From the NCBI GenBank assembly GCA_963792585.1, contig CAWBWI010000006.1:256001-320000 (forward strand): 64,000 nt of DNA, read 5' to 3'. This stretch comes from Candidatus Eiseniibacteriota bacterium (GTDB lineage Bacteria > Eisenbacteria > RBG-16-71-46 > CAIMUX01 > VGJL01). This document shows positions 9,311 through 18,878 of this stretch, one piece after another. Both the position numbers and the translations under genes were made by a program. Each line of letters starts with the position of its first letter. The first letter of the stretch is position 1. The notes below the pieces were generated by a model. The model was not told the DNA's origin and made no database searches. It worked only from the letters and a program-made list of their open reading frames with translations.

Positions 9311-10981
9311 GTGTTGCGGACCCACCCACGCCCGGCGGCGACTCGCCGACTGTCCCTTTTCATACTCTCCGCCTGCTGCCTCGTCTCCTCCGCCGGATGG
9401 TGCCCATCCGCGCGTGCGGGGGAGCGGATCGAGTCGATCGTGATCGAGCGCGTTCCGGTTTTTCCCGAAACGACGGACGCGCCCAACGCCTGGTACATGC
9501 GCCTCGCCAACCGGCTGCACGCGCAGACCCGACCCTGGGTGATCCGGCGGGAGTTGCTGTTCCAGCCGGGAGGCCCCGTCGACTCCACGCGCATGGTGGA
9601 ATCCGAGCGTCTCCTGCGGGAACGGGGCATCTTCGAGTCGGTGCGCATCCGTATCGCGCCGGGCGACAGCGGCAAGGTCGCGACCGTCCGCGCGCAGGAT
9701 CTCTGGACCCTCGGGATCATCGCCAACTTCGACAAAACCGCCGATCTCACCTCGGTGACCCTGGGTATTCGGGACACGAACTTGCTCGGCACGGGCAACT
9801 ACATCCACACCTACCACACCTTCTCCTCCGACCAAGGGGTGACGGTCGTGAGTGCGGCGATCCCAAGGATCGGACGCCGGCGCGCGGGCGCAGGCTTCGG
9901 CTTCGCGGATCAGGAGGACGCCCGGGCGCTCTCCCTTTCTCTCGGCCGCGGCATCGAGACCCGCTTCGATCGCACGAGCTGGGGCGCGATCGCGAACTCG
10001 GTAACGGGATCGAGGCGGTTCTTCTTCCGGGGAGACGAGATCGGCAAGTCCCCCTATCGACACGAACATTACGGGCTCTATGCGGCGCGTTTCCGCGGCG
10101 CGGGCCTGCAACGGGGCGTGGGGATCGGTTGGATCGAGCAGCGCGAGGCGCCCCGCGACGCGCCCTTCTCCTCGGCGCTCGGATTCGATCCGCCCCCACC
10201 GATCGAGAAGCTCCACGTCGGCGGACCGACCGTCTTCGTCGACCTTCTGGATCGGAGCTACGCGACCTCGACCAACCTCGAGCGATACGGCTCGACGGAG
10301 GATGTGCCGACAGGTTGGTCGGCGCACCTCGCGGTCGTGCCGAACGTTCACCACAATGACGACCCGTCCCGAACGATCGCGATCCGTTCGGTCGCTCAGT
10401 TCGCGACCTTCCTGCACCGGAAGCTGGAGGCCGGCGGCGAACTCTCCGGGCTGACGTTCATGCGGGCGGGCGGGCGTCGGGGCGAACAGATCGGCCGCGC
10501 CACGGCGACCGTCCGCTGGACCCCGTCACCGGCGGCGCTCGCGATCGCGCAGGCCGCGGTTCGCGGGGGGCGCGATCGGCCCGAGAGCGAGATCTTCTAT
10601 CTGGGTTCCGAGACGGGCCTGCGCGGCTTTCCATCCCGCGAGATCGCGGCCCGCAACTTCGTGATGGCAACATTCGAGCAACGGTTCTGGTCGGGCGCCG
10701 AGTACTTCTGGACGGGAATCGGCGCCAATCTCTTTGCGGATACCGTCCGGCCCACGATCGACGGGCGATTCAACGACGAACCGTGGCGAACCGGTTGGGG
10801 CTTCGGCCTGCTGCTCGGCGCGCGCAAATCGTCCCAGCAACCGGTGCGGATCGAGATCGCGTGGCGGACCGATCGTCATGCGTCCCCCACCTTCTCGATC
10901 ACGTCGGGGACCTGGCTGCGGATCATCCCGCCGCTCGGTCTGCTCTTCCCCGTCGGCGATCTGCGCGACGGCCTCCGCTAG
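9311..10981 (+). CDS. Omp85/BamA-TamA-like outer membrane protein with POTRA domain
   Basis: ANRLHAQTRPWVIRRELLF...ESERLLR POTRA, DTNLLGTG, and GLRGF barrel motif. Start uncertain. Confidence 0.75.
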   Translation: MLRTHPRPAATRRLSLFILSACCLVSSAGWCPSARAGERIESIVIERVPVFPETTDAPNAWYMRLANRLHAQTRPWVIRRELLFQPGGPVDSTRMVESERLLRERGIFESVRIRIAPGDSGKVATVRAQDLWTLGIIANFDKTADLTSVTLGIRDTNLLGTGNYIHTYHTFSSDQGVTVVSAAIPRIGRRRAGAGFGFADQEDARALSLSLGRGIETRFDRTSWGAIANSVTGSRRFFFRGDEIGKSPYRHEHYGLYAARFRGAGLQRGVGIGWIEQREAPRDAPFSSALGFDPPPPIEKLHVGGPTVFVDLLDRSYATSTNLERYGSTEDVPTGWSAHLAVVPNVHHNDDPSRTIAIRSVAQFATFLHRKLEAGGELSGLTFMRAGGRRGEQIGRATATVRWTPSPAALAIAQAAVRGGRDRPESEIFYLGSETGLRGFPSREIAARNFVMATFEQRFWSGAEYFWTGIGANLFADTVRPTIDGRFNDEPWRTGWGFGLLLGARKSSQQPVRIEIAWRTDRHASPTFSITSGTWLRIIPPLGLLFPVGDLRDGLR

Positions 10982-10984
10982 CGG

Positions 10985-13483
10985 TCAACGCAGAACAGCA
11001 TCCCTCCCATCGATGGGCACGCGCCCGTCGGCGTCGAAGAACCCCGCGGCCCGCACCGCCCCCCATCCCAACCGGCGCGCATCGGCGTCGTAGACAATGA
11101 AGTCGGGGAAGCCGGAGCCCGAGTAGCAGGGATTCGATGCGGCCGCCAGCTCGAGCGCGGCCCGGTCGGTTCCGGCGACGACCTCGATGAGGCGCCCCGG
11201 GGCGCGCGGATTCGGGTAGGCGAATCGGGCCGCCATCGAACCTGCGTAGATGCGGCCCGCCAGCGCGACCCCGTCCCGCGCGATGCGGATCGGAAGATCG
11301 CCCGCGATCTTGCGAAGGACCGCGTGCCCGCCGGGGGTCGCATAGAGGATCAGGTTGCGCTCCGCCAGGATCTCCGGCGTCACCGCCGTGTCGGGCAGAA
11401 CGGGCGCGTAGCCGTCCGCGCGGAGATACCACGCCTGCGCGTCGAGCACCGCGAGGCGCCGCGCCGCATCGTTCTCTTCCGGGGAACCGCCCGTCTCGTA
11501 CACATAGGTGAAGGGAGCAAAGTAGGGATCCTTGATCGATGCCCTTCGCGCGGCGGGCGGAGGAGCGTTCGCCGGCTTCCAGCTCTTCGCTTCCTTGCGC
11601 AGGCGCAGGGAACCCTCGCGCCAGACGACCGACAGGCGGTCACCGTCGATTTCGATCGAGACCTGCCCGGGGGCAACGAGTCCGGCTGGTTCGAGCACGA
11701 TCGCGCGCGCCCCCTCGGTGGTGATCCGGATGTCGCCCGCGCTCATGAGGAGCGCATCGACCGCGACGCGATCGAAGGGATGCTCCGCTTCCTCGACGGT
11801 GAGCCAGTGGGAACGACGGCACGTTCCCAGATCGAAACTGCGAAGCGCCACCGCACGCGGCAGAGGATCGCGCCGCCATCCGCGCAAGGAGTCCATCATC
11901 GCCGGCAGATCGACGCAGTCGACCCCGGGCGTGCCCGGGTCATCCCACCAGTGACCCATTTCGGGAACCTCGCGGTATGTGACGCTCGCCCCCTCCTCGC
12001 GCGCGCGCGCCGCGAGCCAGCGACCTTGAAAGACCGGAACGTTGTCGTCCTTCGCCCCATGCAGGACGAAGACAGGCGTCGCGCGCAGATTCGCCATCAG
12101 CGGGATCGGGTTGTCCGGCGCGAGCGCGCGCTGCACGAGGGCGAGCAGCCGGGGGTCGGCCCCGTTGATGTCCCGCCGCAACGTGAACGGCACATAGCTC
12201 GAGAAGGTCGCCCACCCGGCGCTCGGCGCCAGCCCCGCAAAACGGTCCGCATGCGCGGTCCCGACGTGCCATGTCCCGTGCCCCCCCATCGAGTGGCCCG
12301 CGAGGAGAACCCGGTCGGGGTCGATCGGGTGGCGCGCAAGGATCTCATCGAGGGTGGCGATCGCATTGCGCCGCCCCCAGTCCTGCCAGTCGAATCCGTA
12401 AGGACGCGTGTTGGTCGGCGCGACGACGAAGGCCCAATCCTTCGGAGCGTAGGAGGCGACCTGCGGCTCCGGATCGCAACTCGCCCCGTGCAGGGACAGC
12501 ACGACCGCGAAGGGTCCCGGGCCGTCCACGGACGGCGGAAGGAGCCCGTACTTCTGGACCGAACCGTCCTCGCGCGAACGGAAGGTCTCGATCCGCGTCG
12601 CGCGGGGCTCACGGACCCGCAAGGAACAAGCGAAGGCGACCTCGCCGTGTGGGACGTCGAGGACGATCTGTTCGGGACATCGTTCGCCCGCGACCGGGGG
12701 ACGCAGCGTCCGTACGGGGAAAGGGAGTTTCAGGATCGCCTCGGGCTCGAGCGGAGGGATGGGGACCGAAGTAGCGGCAATCCGATCCCCGTCGCCGAAT
12801 CGCAGGACCCCACCCACGAGTTGCGATCCCGATAGATTGGCGATCGGGACGGCCGCCCAACCATCGAGCGGCTCCCCCGCGACCAGATCGGGCATCGTGA
12901 TGTCCCTGCCGAACACGACGAGCGGCGCATCCTCCGCGACCATCCGGAAGCGGACCTCCCGCGGTCCCATCCCGCCGACGCGCAGCGCCACCCGATGGCG
13001 CCCCGCCTCCAGCACGGCGGGCGTGACGAACGGGGAAGCCGCCGCGTAGGGGTTGCCGACGTACCTGCGCGCGTCGATCGTGAAGCTGCCGACGCCGAGC
13101 GCGTCGATCAGGTAACCTCCCGTGCGCGGCACGTCGATCTCCCCGAGCAGGAGCCCCGCGCTGACGACCCCGGCTGCCCCCCAAGATTCGCTCAGGGCGT
13201 CCCAGTCCGTTCCTTCGTATGCGAGCGGGATTCGATCGCGATCGGGCGCAATCCGGATCCAGCGGGCCCATCCGCCGGGAGCGAGCATGCTCGGCATCGA
13301 ATCACCGAGGCTCGGGTTCGCGTTCGCGGGATCGAGCGGCCAGAGGGGATCCGCAAGCGGCTCGCGCGACCCGGCCGGAAATGGACCGATCCCCATCCAG
13401 GTCTCGACCCGAAGAGTGTCGCGCGGTGATGTCACGGCGAGTGACGCAAGAAACAACGCTCCCACGAGCCCGACTCCGGCCAT
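10985..13483 (-). CDS. Secreted alpha/beta hydrolase (prolyl oligopeptidase/esterase-like)
   Basis: GHSMGG nucleophile, HGAKDDNVP acid, MGHWW His. Signal peptide. Confidence 0.8.
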   Translation of the reverse strand: MAGVGLVGALFLASLAVTSPRDTLRVETWMGIGPFPAGSREPLADPLWPLDPANANPSLGDSMPSMLAPGGWARWIRIAPDRDRIPLAYEGTDWDALSESWGAAGVVSAGLLLGEIDVPRTGGYLIDALGVGSFTIDARRYVGNPYAAASPFVTPAVLEAGRHRVALRVGGMGPREVRFRMVAEDAPLVVFGRDITMPDLVAGEPLDGWAAVPIANLSGSQLVGGVLRFGDGDRIAATSVPIPPLEPEAILKLPFPVRTLRPPVAGERCPEQIVLDVPHGEVAFACSLRVREPRATRIETFRSREDGSVQKYGLLPPSVDGPGPFAVVLSLHGASCDPEPQVASYAPKDWAFVVAPTNTRPYGFDWQDWGRRNAIATLDEILARHPIDPDRVLLAGHSMGGHGTWHVGTAHADRFAGLAPSAGWATFSSYVPFTLRRDINGADPRLLALVQRALAPDNPIPLMANLRATPVFVLHGAKDDNVPVFQGRWLAARAREEGASVTYREVPEMGHWWDDPGTPGVDCVDLPAMMDSLRGWRRDPLPRAVALRSFDLGTCRRSHWLTVEEAEHPFDRVAVDALLMSAGDIRITTEGARAIVLEPAGLVAPGQVSIEIDGDRLSVVWREGSLRLRKEAKSWKPANAPPPAARRASIKDPYFAPFTYVYETGGSPEENDAARRLAVLDAQAWYLRADGYAPVLPDTAVTPEILAERNLILYATPGGHAVLRKIAGDLPIRIARDGVALAGRIYAGSMAARFAYPNPRAPGRLIEVVAGTDRAALELAAASNPCYSGSGFPDFIVYDADARRLGWGAVRAAGFFDADGRVPIDGRDAVLR

Positions 13484-13546
13484 GAACCCCTCCCCCTCTG
13501 TTGGAGACCCACCCCTCGCCGCAGAAGACCCGCTCGCTGGATACGG

Positions 13547-14326
13547 CTAGGAGTTCGGCGGGCTCCGCCGCACCAGCGTCGCGGAGGCCTGCGCCTCGGG
13601 AAGCAGCAGCACCTCGGCCACGTTGACGTGCGCCGGGCGGGTCGCAACGAAGAGGACTGCGTCGGCGACGTCGGCGCCCGTGAGCGGCATCATCCCGTTG
13701 TAGACCTTCTTCGCCCGCTCCTCGTCACCGTGGAAGCGGACGAGGCTGAACTCGGTTTCCACGAGACCGGGATCGACCGTGCTGACGCGAATCGGCGTAT
13801 CGACCGTGTCCATCCGGAGCCCTGCGGTCAACAACCGCACCGCCGCCTTGGAGGCGCAGTAGACGTTCCCCCCCGGATACGCCTCCCGGCCGGCGATCGA
13901 GCCGATGTTGATGATCTGCCCGCGCCCGCGCCGCACCATTCCCGGCAGGACCGCACGCGTGACGTAGAGCAAGCCCTTCACATTCGTGTCGATCATCTCC
14001 TCCCAGTCGTCCAGGAGGCCCTCGTGCAGCTTGTCGAGTCCGCGGCTGAGTCCGGCATTGTTCAGGAGGATGTCGATCTCCTCCCACTCGGGAGGCAGCG
14101 AGCTCACGGCGAGGTCGACGGAGGGTTGATCGCGCACATCGAGCGTCAGGAGATGGATGGGAACCCCCGTCTCACTGGCGATCTGCGCGGCGACGGTCTC
14201 GAGCCGGTCCAATCTGCGCGCGGCCAGCAGCAGCGACGCGCCCTGTGAGGCAAAAGCGCGCGCGCACGCCTCCCCGATCCCGCTGCTCGCGCCGGTGACG
14301 AAGACGATCTTACCGTCGAGTCTCAT
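13547..14326 (-). CDS. SDR oxidoreductase (YdfG-like)
   Basis: TGASSGIG, NNAG, YCASK, PGLVETEFSLVRF. Confidence 0.92.
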   Translation of the reverse strand: MRLDGKIVFVTGASSGIGEACARAFASQGASLLLAARRLDRLETVAAQIASETGVPIHLLTLDVRDQPSVDLAVSSLPPEWEEIDILLNNAGLSRGLDKLHEGLLDDWEEMIDTNVKGLLYVTRAVLPGMVRRGRGQIINIGSIAGREAYPGGNVYCASKAAVRLLTAGLRMDTVDTPIRVSTVDPGLVETEFSLVRFHGDEERAKKVYNGMMPLTGADVADAVLFVATRPAHVNVAEVLLLPEAQASATLVRRSPPNS

Positions 14327-14360
14327 CGAATATCCCTTCTGGTTCGGATCCGGCACCAGA

Positions 14361-14900
14361 CTAGCGGGCCGGCGTCACGGCGTCCAGGATGGCGGCTCGG
14401 ATCCAGGGCCAGTGCGCGTGGTCGCCGGCGAAGCGCGCCTCGCGGCGAGCCCGGATCTCCCCACGGGCGTCCACGGTGAAGGTCCCGCCGAGCTGGCGCG
14501 GATCGCTGTCGACGTGGGTTTGCCGGAAGCCGCGCCGCAGCGCGCGGAAGGCAGCAACGAAGACGGGCGGTCCGATCAACCCGTACGGGCCCGCCCGCCG
14601 GGTCCTAAGCGCGCGGTAGAGTTCGCGCTCGCCGTCCACGAGGAGCAGGTACGGCAGATCCATCGATTGGGTGAGCGCCCGCGCCGTCTCCACGCTTCCC
14701 ATGCCGACGGCGATCGCCTGGGCGCCGAGGGATCTGATCTCGTCATGATGGTCGCGCAACTGCGCGAGGGCCTCCCGGCAGAAGATTCAGCCGAAATGGC
14801 GCAGCAGGACGAGCACCGTGGCCGGATGCGACGCGATGAGCGAGTGCAGGCGCGGCACCGAGCCGTCGCCCGCAGGCAGGGAAAGATCCGGGACTCGCAT
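14361..14900 (-). CDS. Peroxiredoxin-like (AhpC/TSA_2, PRXL2/SelU-like) selenoprotein, UxxC
   Basis: GGAGG SD and ATG at 14900. VLVLLRHFG-TGA(14789-14787)-IFCREALAQL continues in frame to DGERELY...RQLGGTF...GDH. SECIS-like hairpin downstream of the TGA. Confidence 0.85.
14752..14789 (-). promoter_or_regulatory. Bacterial SECIS element
   Basis: UGA followed by stem UCGCGC-AGUU-GCGCGA. Apical loop begins 25 nt after the UGA with G at loop position 2. Confidence 0.7.
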
Positions 14901-14917
14901 GGGCCTCCTCCATGGAG

Positions 14918-15376
14918 CTAGATCCTGCGCCGCGAGAGGCGCACGGAGGCCAGCGCCAGGCACGCCGTGCCGAGCAGACCCATCGCGGCGAGCTGCATGA
15001 CCGGGATGGGGAACCCACCGATCGATACAAGCGCCTGCGGCAGTCCTCCCACCGCATCAAGAATGGGTGGGAGCGCGAAGATCGTGCCGATCCCAAGGGC
15101 CGACGCGGCGACGGGTGCCGCGATCGCGGTTCCGCGGATCCCCCACCTTTTGTCCGCGCGCCGACGCTCTCGGCCATCCGTCCAGGCGAGGTAGGCGACG
15201 CGGGCCGCGAAACCGGGCGGGGCCTGCCCGCGTTCGGACATCGCGCTACGCATAGCGACGGCTGCGCGCAGCGCGGCGCCGCAGCTTCGGCAGGTCGACG
15301 CATGCGGATCGCGGAGCGCATCCTCCCCGGCATGATCGAGTTGGGCGAGAAAGCGGGCGCAGGCCGGATCGGTCAT
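14918..15376 (-). CDS. Zinc-binding (ZAS) membrane anti-sigma factor
   Basis: C...HASTCRSC motif and two TM helices. Overlaps the ECF stop (ATGA). Confidence 0.75.
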   Translation of the reverse strand: MTDPACARFLAQLDHAGEDALRDPHASTCRSCGAALRAAVAMRSAMSERGQAPPGFAARVAYLAWTDGRERRRADKRWGIRGTAIAAPVAASALGIGTIFALPPILDAVGGLPQALVSIGGFPIPVMQLAAMGLLGTACLALASVRLSRRRI

Positions 15377-15954
15377 CGTTCCTCCTCCTGCATGACGGTA
15401 CGCACCTTCCTTCGCGCCCGAAAGAGCCGGATCCGGACCGCCCCCGCGCTCCCCCCGATCGCGCGAGCGACCTCAGCAGCGCTCATCCCTTCCTGATCGT
15501 GGAGGATCAGGGCGAGTCGGTCGGCCTCCCCGAGCCGGCCAAGCGCATCGGCGAGACGCACCGCGGTTCTCCGCTGTTCTCTCGCAATCTCGGGCGACGG
15601 GGCGGGATCGAGAATTCGCGCATCCTCCGGATTCCCGGTCTCCTCCGCCAACCCCACCCGCTCGGGCGCGCGCCGCAAGCGCCGGTGGCGATCGATCAGG
15701 AGATTGCGCATGATGCGGAAGAGCCAGGTCCCGAACAGGGCGTCGCCCCGAAATCGGCCGATCTGGGCGAACGCCCTCAGGAACGCCTCCTGCGCGAGAT
15801 CTTCGACGTCCTCCGCGGGCACGCAACGCCGCAGGACGGCAAAGACCCGATCCTGATGGAGCCGGACCAGCTCTTCCATCGCCTCCCGCCGCCCGTCGCG
15901 GGCCCCCGCGAGGAGCGCCCTCTCGATCCCGGCATCGGACTCGGTTCTCTCCAA
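15373..15954 (-). CDS. ECF sigma factor
   Basis: EDLAQEAFLRAF, FRGDALFGTWLFRI, EGMSAAEVA...VRIRLFRAR. TTG start with GAGGGG SD. Confidence 0.9.
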   Translation of the reverse strand: MERTESDAGIERALLAGARDGRREAMEELVRLHQDRVFAVLRRCVPAEDVEDLAQEAFLRAFAQIGRFRGDALFGTWLFRIMRNLLIDRHRRLRRAPERVGLAEETGNPEDARILDPAPSPEIAREQRRTAVRLADALGRLGEADRLALILHDQEGMSAAEVARAIGGSAGAVRIRLFRARRKVRTVMQEEER

Positions 15955-15975
15955 GTTCCCCCTCGTCTTCGCCTT

Positions 15976-16001
15976 GGACGCCGCCGGAGGCGCCGCGTTA
16001 C
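15976..16001 (-). promoter_or_regulatory. ECF promoter of the sigma operon
   Basis: GTAAC-N16-CGTCC. Confidence 0.7.
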
Positions 16002-16004
16002 ACC

Positions 16005-16030
16005 GTAACACTCCCGGGCCGGGGGCGTCC
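16005..16030 (+). promoter_or_regulatory. ECF promoter of the DUF6249 gene
   Basis: GTAAC-N16-CGTCC. Confidence 0.7.
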
Positions 16031-16075
16031 GAAAGGGTGGACCGGCGATTGGGCCGGCCGGAGAGGAGTCCGGAC

Positions 16076-16546
16076 ATGCTAGGATTCGATCTGTTCGATG
16101 CCATGGGTGCGAGCATTGGAGGCGCGATCCAAATGATGATCGGCTACGCCTGGGTGCTGATTCCGCTCGCGGGAATCGTCTGGTTCATCGTCAACGGCCT
16201 GGCCGAAGAGAAGACCGCGAGGCTCAACCGCGAGCTTCTCCATCGAGAGCGACTCGTGGCGATGGAGAAGGGGATGACCGAGGTCCTCGAGCGATCGGTG
16301 GCCACGGAATCGATCGCATCGGGCCGCGATTCGAACGGCCTCCTGACCGGAGGGATCATCACCCTCGGAGTCGGGATCGGCCTGAGCTTGTTCCTCCAGA
16401 TCGCCGTGGACGGCAACGATCGCAGGCAGGCCGTAGCCGTGGGCCTGATTCCAATCTTCGTAGGTCTGTCCCTGATCGCCGCCTGGCTCGTGACCCGCCG
16501 CCTGGGTCGCAACGGCACCTTCAAGGAGCCGAGAGGGAGTGCATAA
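16076..16546 (+). CDS. DUF6249-like membrane protein
   Basis: LHRERLVAMEKG and GGIITLGVGIGL...GLIPIFVGLSL. Divergent from an ECF sigma factor. Confidence 0.75.
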   Translation: MLGFDLFDAMGASIGGAIQMMIGYAWVLIPLAGIVWFIVNGLAEEKTARLNRELLHRERLVAMEKGMTEVLERSVATESIASGRDSNGLLTGGIITLGVGIGLSLFLQIAVDGNDRRQAVAVGLIPIFVGLSLIAAWLVTRRLGRNGTFKEPRGSA

Positions 16547-16547
16547 C

Positions 16548-17135
16548 GTGAGACCGATCACCGCTCGGGAAACCGGAACCATCATCGCAGCCATCGTCAT
16601 CATCGCCCTCGCAGGGATCGCGGGCGCGCAGTCCTCGGGCGGACCCGGGGGCGCCGCCGGCATCCGGCCTCCCGCGAGCTGGACGACTCCGGACGGCACG
16701 CTGCAACTGACCCCGGCCGCGGGATGGGAGGCGAATCCCCGTCTCGCCACGGACAACGGGGTGATCGCAATGATCCACCTGAGCGGAATGCAGAAAGACC
16801 AGACGCTCCCGGCGTGGCTGCTCATCGACCGGAGAACGCGCGACCCAAAGACGCCGTTTGCCTCGGTGATCCGCGCGTGTCTCAACGAGGGAAAGACCTT
16901 CACCTATGTCCCGGCGGACAGCGCCATCCTCACGACGGCCGACGGCCACGCGCTCGCCACATACAGGTTCAATCTCGGCCCGGACGGTTCGGAACGCGGA
17001 CTGGGGCTCCTCGAGGCTCCGACCGGCACGATCCTCTTCCGTTACGAGACGGTATCGACGCAGGTCTGGAAGGACCAGCAGGCCGCGATGGAGACGATGC
17101 TGCGCAGCGTCCGTTTCCTGAACAACGCGAAGTAG
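16548..17135 (+). CDS. Hypothetical exported protein (PsbP/DcrB-like fold possible)
   Basis: Signal peptide, ends METMLRSVRF, normal codon usage. Confidence 0.6.
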   Translation: MRPITARETGTIIAAIVIIALAGIAGAQSSGGPGGAAGIRPPASWTTPDGTLQLTPAAGWEANPRLATDNGVIAMIHLSGMQKDQTLPAWLLIDRRTRDPKTPFASVIRACLNEGKTFTYVPADSAILTTADGHALATYRFNLGPDGSERGLGLLEAPTGTILFRYETVSTQVWKDQQAAMETMLRSVRFLNNAK

Positions 17136-17162
17136 TCGTCGGAGGATGCGGCCGCTCGACGC

Positions 17163-18776
17163 CTAGCGCCGCCAACCTGCGAGCAGGACGACTTCGAACC
17201 GATCGTCGGCCCCGGCCGCCGATCGGTTTCCCGCATTGCGGATGCGGGCCACCGTCGCACGCAGGTCCACGAAGAGGTTGTCCCGCGGATCCCACCGCCA
17301 GCCCACGGCGAAGGACCTCCGGCGTTCGACCGGAGGGGTGAGACGGAGCGCATCCCGCGTCGGATGATCCGAACCGTCGACGCCCGGCGTCCATGCATCC
17401 CCGAAACGGCCGGCCCCCTTGTTGGCGACGATCGCCCGCGCCTCGAGTCGGTGGTCACGGGACAAGGATCGCTTTGCCCAGATCTGGACCGCTTCCCGAT
17501 CGGGACCGTTCGGCTCTCCCAGCGGGAAGCCCTGATGGGCCCAGCCACACTCGCAGTCGTTCTTGTAGTCGACGTTGTAGACGTAGCGCCCGACCTTCAC
17601 GCCTTCGGCGCCGATCTCGATGGGAACACCGGCGATCTGCGCAAGCGAGGCGACTCCGATGCGTCCGCCGACGCGGGCGGGCGCATCGTTGGTGGCGGCG
17701 GGCAGGTCGTCGACCAGCGCCTCAACGTAGGCCAGCCAACCGGCGCGGGGGCGCCAGACGGCGTCGATCGCGGCGAGCACGTTGTTGCGCTGGGCCTCGC
17801 GCGTCGCGGGATCGGCCGTGTCCTGCTCATCGAGACGCTGCACGAGGGTGTACGGGAGCAGTCCCAACAGGTAGAGCGGATGTTCCGGCCCCCCGACATA
17901 GCGCACGCCTTCCGAGAGACCGATCGCGAGATTGCGGGAGATCGGGATGTCGAGCCGGTGGGCGGCGATCCCCCGCTTCTCGGAGACGTTGAGACTCCCG
18001 GTCCAGGAGCTGAATCGGATCCGGGCGGGAAGAGACAGGTTCCACTCGAGGAAGTTCACGGGCGGCGCGGCGCCGCCGAGCAGCAGGCTGCTGCCCGGCG
18101 CCGGCCCCCAACGGTGACGCGCGCGCGCCAGTCTCACGCGAAGATCGCGCGCCGCGAAGGTCACGCCGACATTCTCGCTGAAGTAGAGGATGTCGGTGTG
18201 CGCGATCAGAGGATCGCCGATCGATCGCCCGTTCCGGACCTCGCCGATGAAGAGTTCGCCCTGGATCGCCGTGCCCGTTCCATAGAGTAGAACGCCATAG
18301 AGCCCCGCCCGCGTGGAGTCGCCCAGCACGTTCCGACCGTCGCCGCCGCGAGTCTGGAACGACAGCGTAGGACCGATGCGCAGCTCGGACCGGGCGCCGT
18401 CGAGCGCGGGATCATCCGGAGCCGCTTCGCCCGCCAGTCGAATGGCCGCAGGGGTCTCTCGCTCGGAAACCGGCTCGCCGCTGCGTCGGATCTCCCGCGC
18501 GAAGGAACGGCGCAGGCGCGCGAACTCGAATCCGACGAGCGGGTTCTCCGCGGCGCCCGCGATCCACGCGGCCGCCTCCCCTCGCGGGATCGGCCGCAGA
18601 TTCGTGCTCCCCGCGGGAAGGGCGCCGGACAGCTCGAGCCGCCAGAAATCCTCCCACGATGCATCTCCGGCATCGAGCATCTCGGGGGCGAGAGGTCCCG
18701 CGCCGGCGGGAGCGTGGAGCGCGGCCGCGACGAGAACGGCAGCGGCGATGCCGGCCGCGCGATTCGTTCGTTTCAT
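17163..18776 (-). CDS. Capsule assembly Wzi family outer membrane protein
   Basis: Signal peptide, WGP...SLLL, AAHRLD, IGLSEGV, NNVL, YVEALVDD. Confidence 0.7.
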   Translation of the reverse strand: MKRTNRAAGIAAAVLVAAALHAPAGAGPLAPEMLDAGDASWEDFWRLELSGALPAGSTNLRPIPRGEAAAWIAGAAENPLVGFEFARLRRSFAREIRRSGEPVSERETPAAIRLAGEAAPDDPALDGARSELRIGPTLSFQTRGGDGRNVLGDSTRAGLYGVLLYGTGTAIQGELFIGEVRNGRSIGDPLIAHTDILYFSENVGVTFAARDLRVRLARARHRWGPAPGSSLLLGGAAPPVNFLEWNLSLPARIRFSSWTGSLNVSEKRGIAAHRLDIPISRNLAIGLSEGVRYVGGPEHPLYLLGLLPYTLVQRLDEQDTADPATREAQRNNVLAAIDAVWRPRAGWLAYVEALVDDLPAATNDAPARVGGRIGVASLAQIAGVPIEIGAEGVKVGRYVYNVDYKNDCECGWAHQGFPLGEPNGPDREAVQIWAKRSLSRDHRLEARAIVANKGAGRFGDAWTPGVDGSDHPTRDALRLTPPVERRRSFAVGWRWDPRDNLFVDLRATVARIRNAGNRSAAGADDRFEVVLLAGWRR

Positions 18777-18878
18777 TGGTTTGCGCACGGGGCCAGTTTC
18801 CGACAACGCCCGCTCGCGGGGAAGCGGATTCTGCCGAGCGCCTTGCGTTCCGCGGCCCCGGTTCATCAGAATCGGAAT

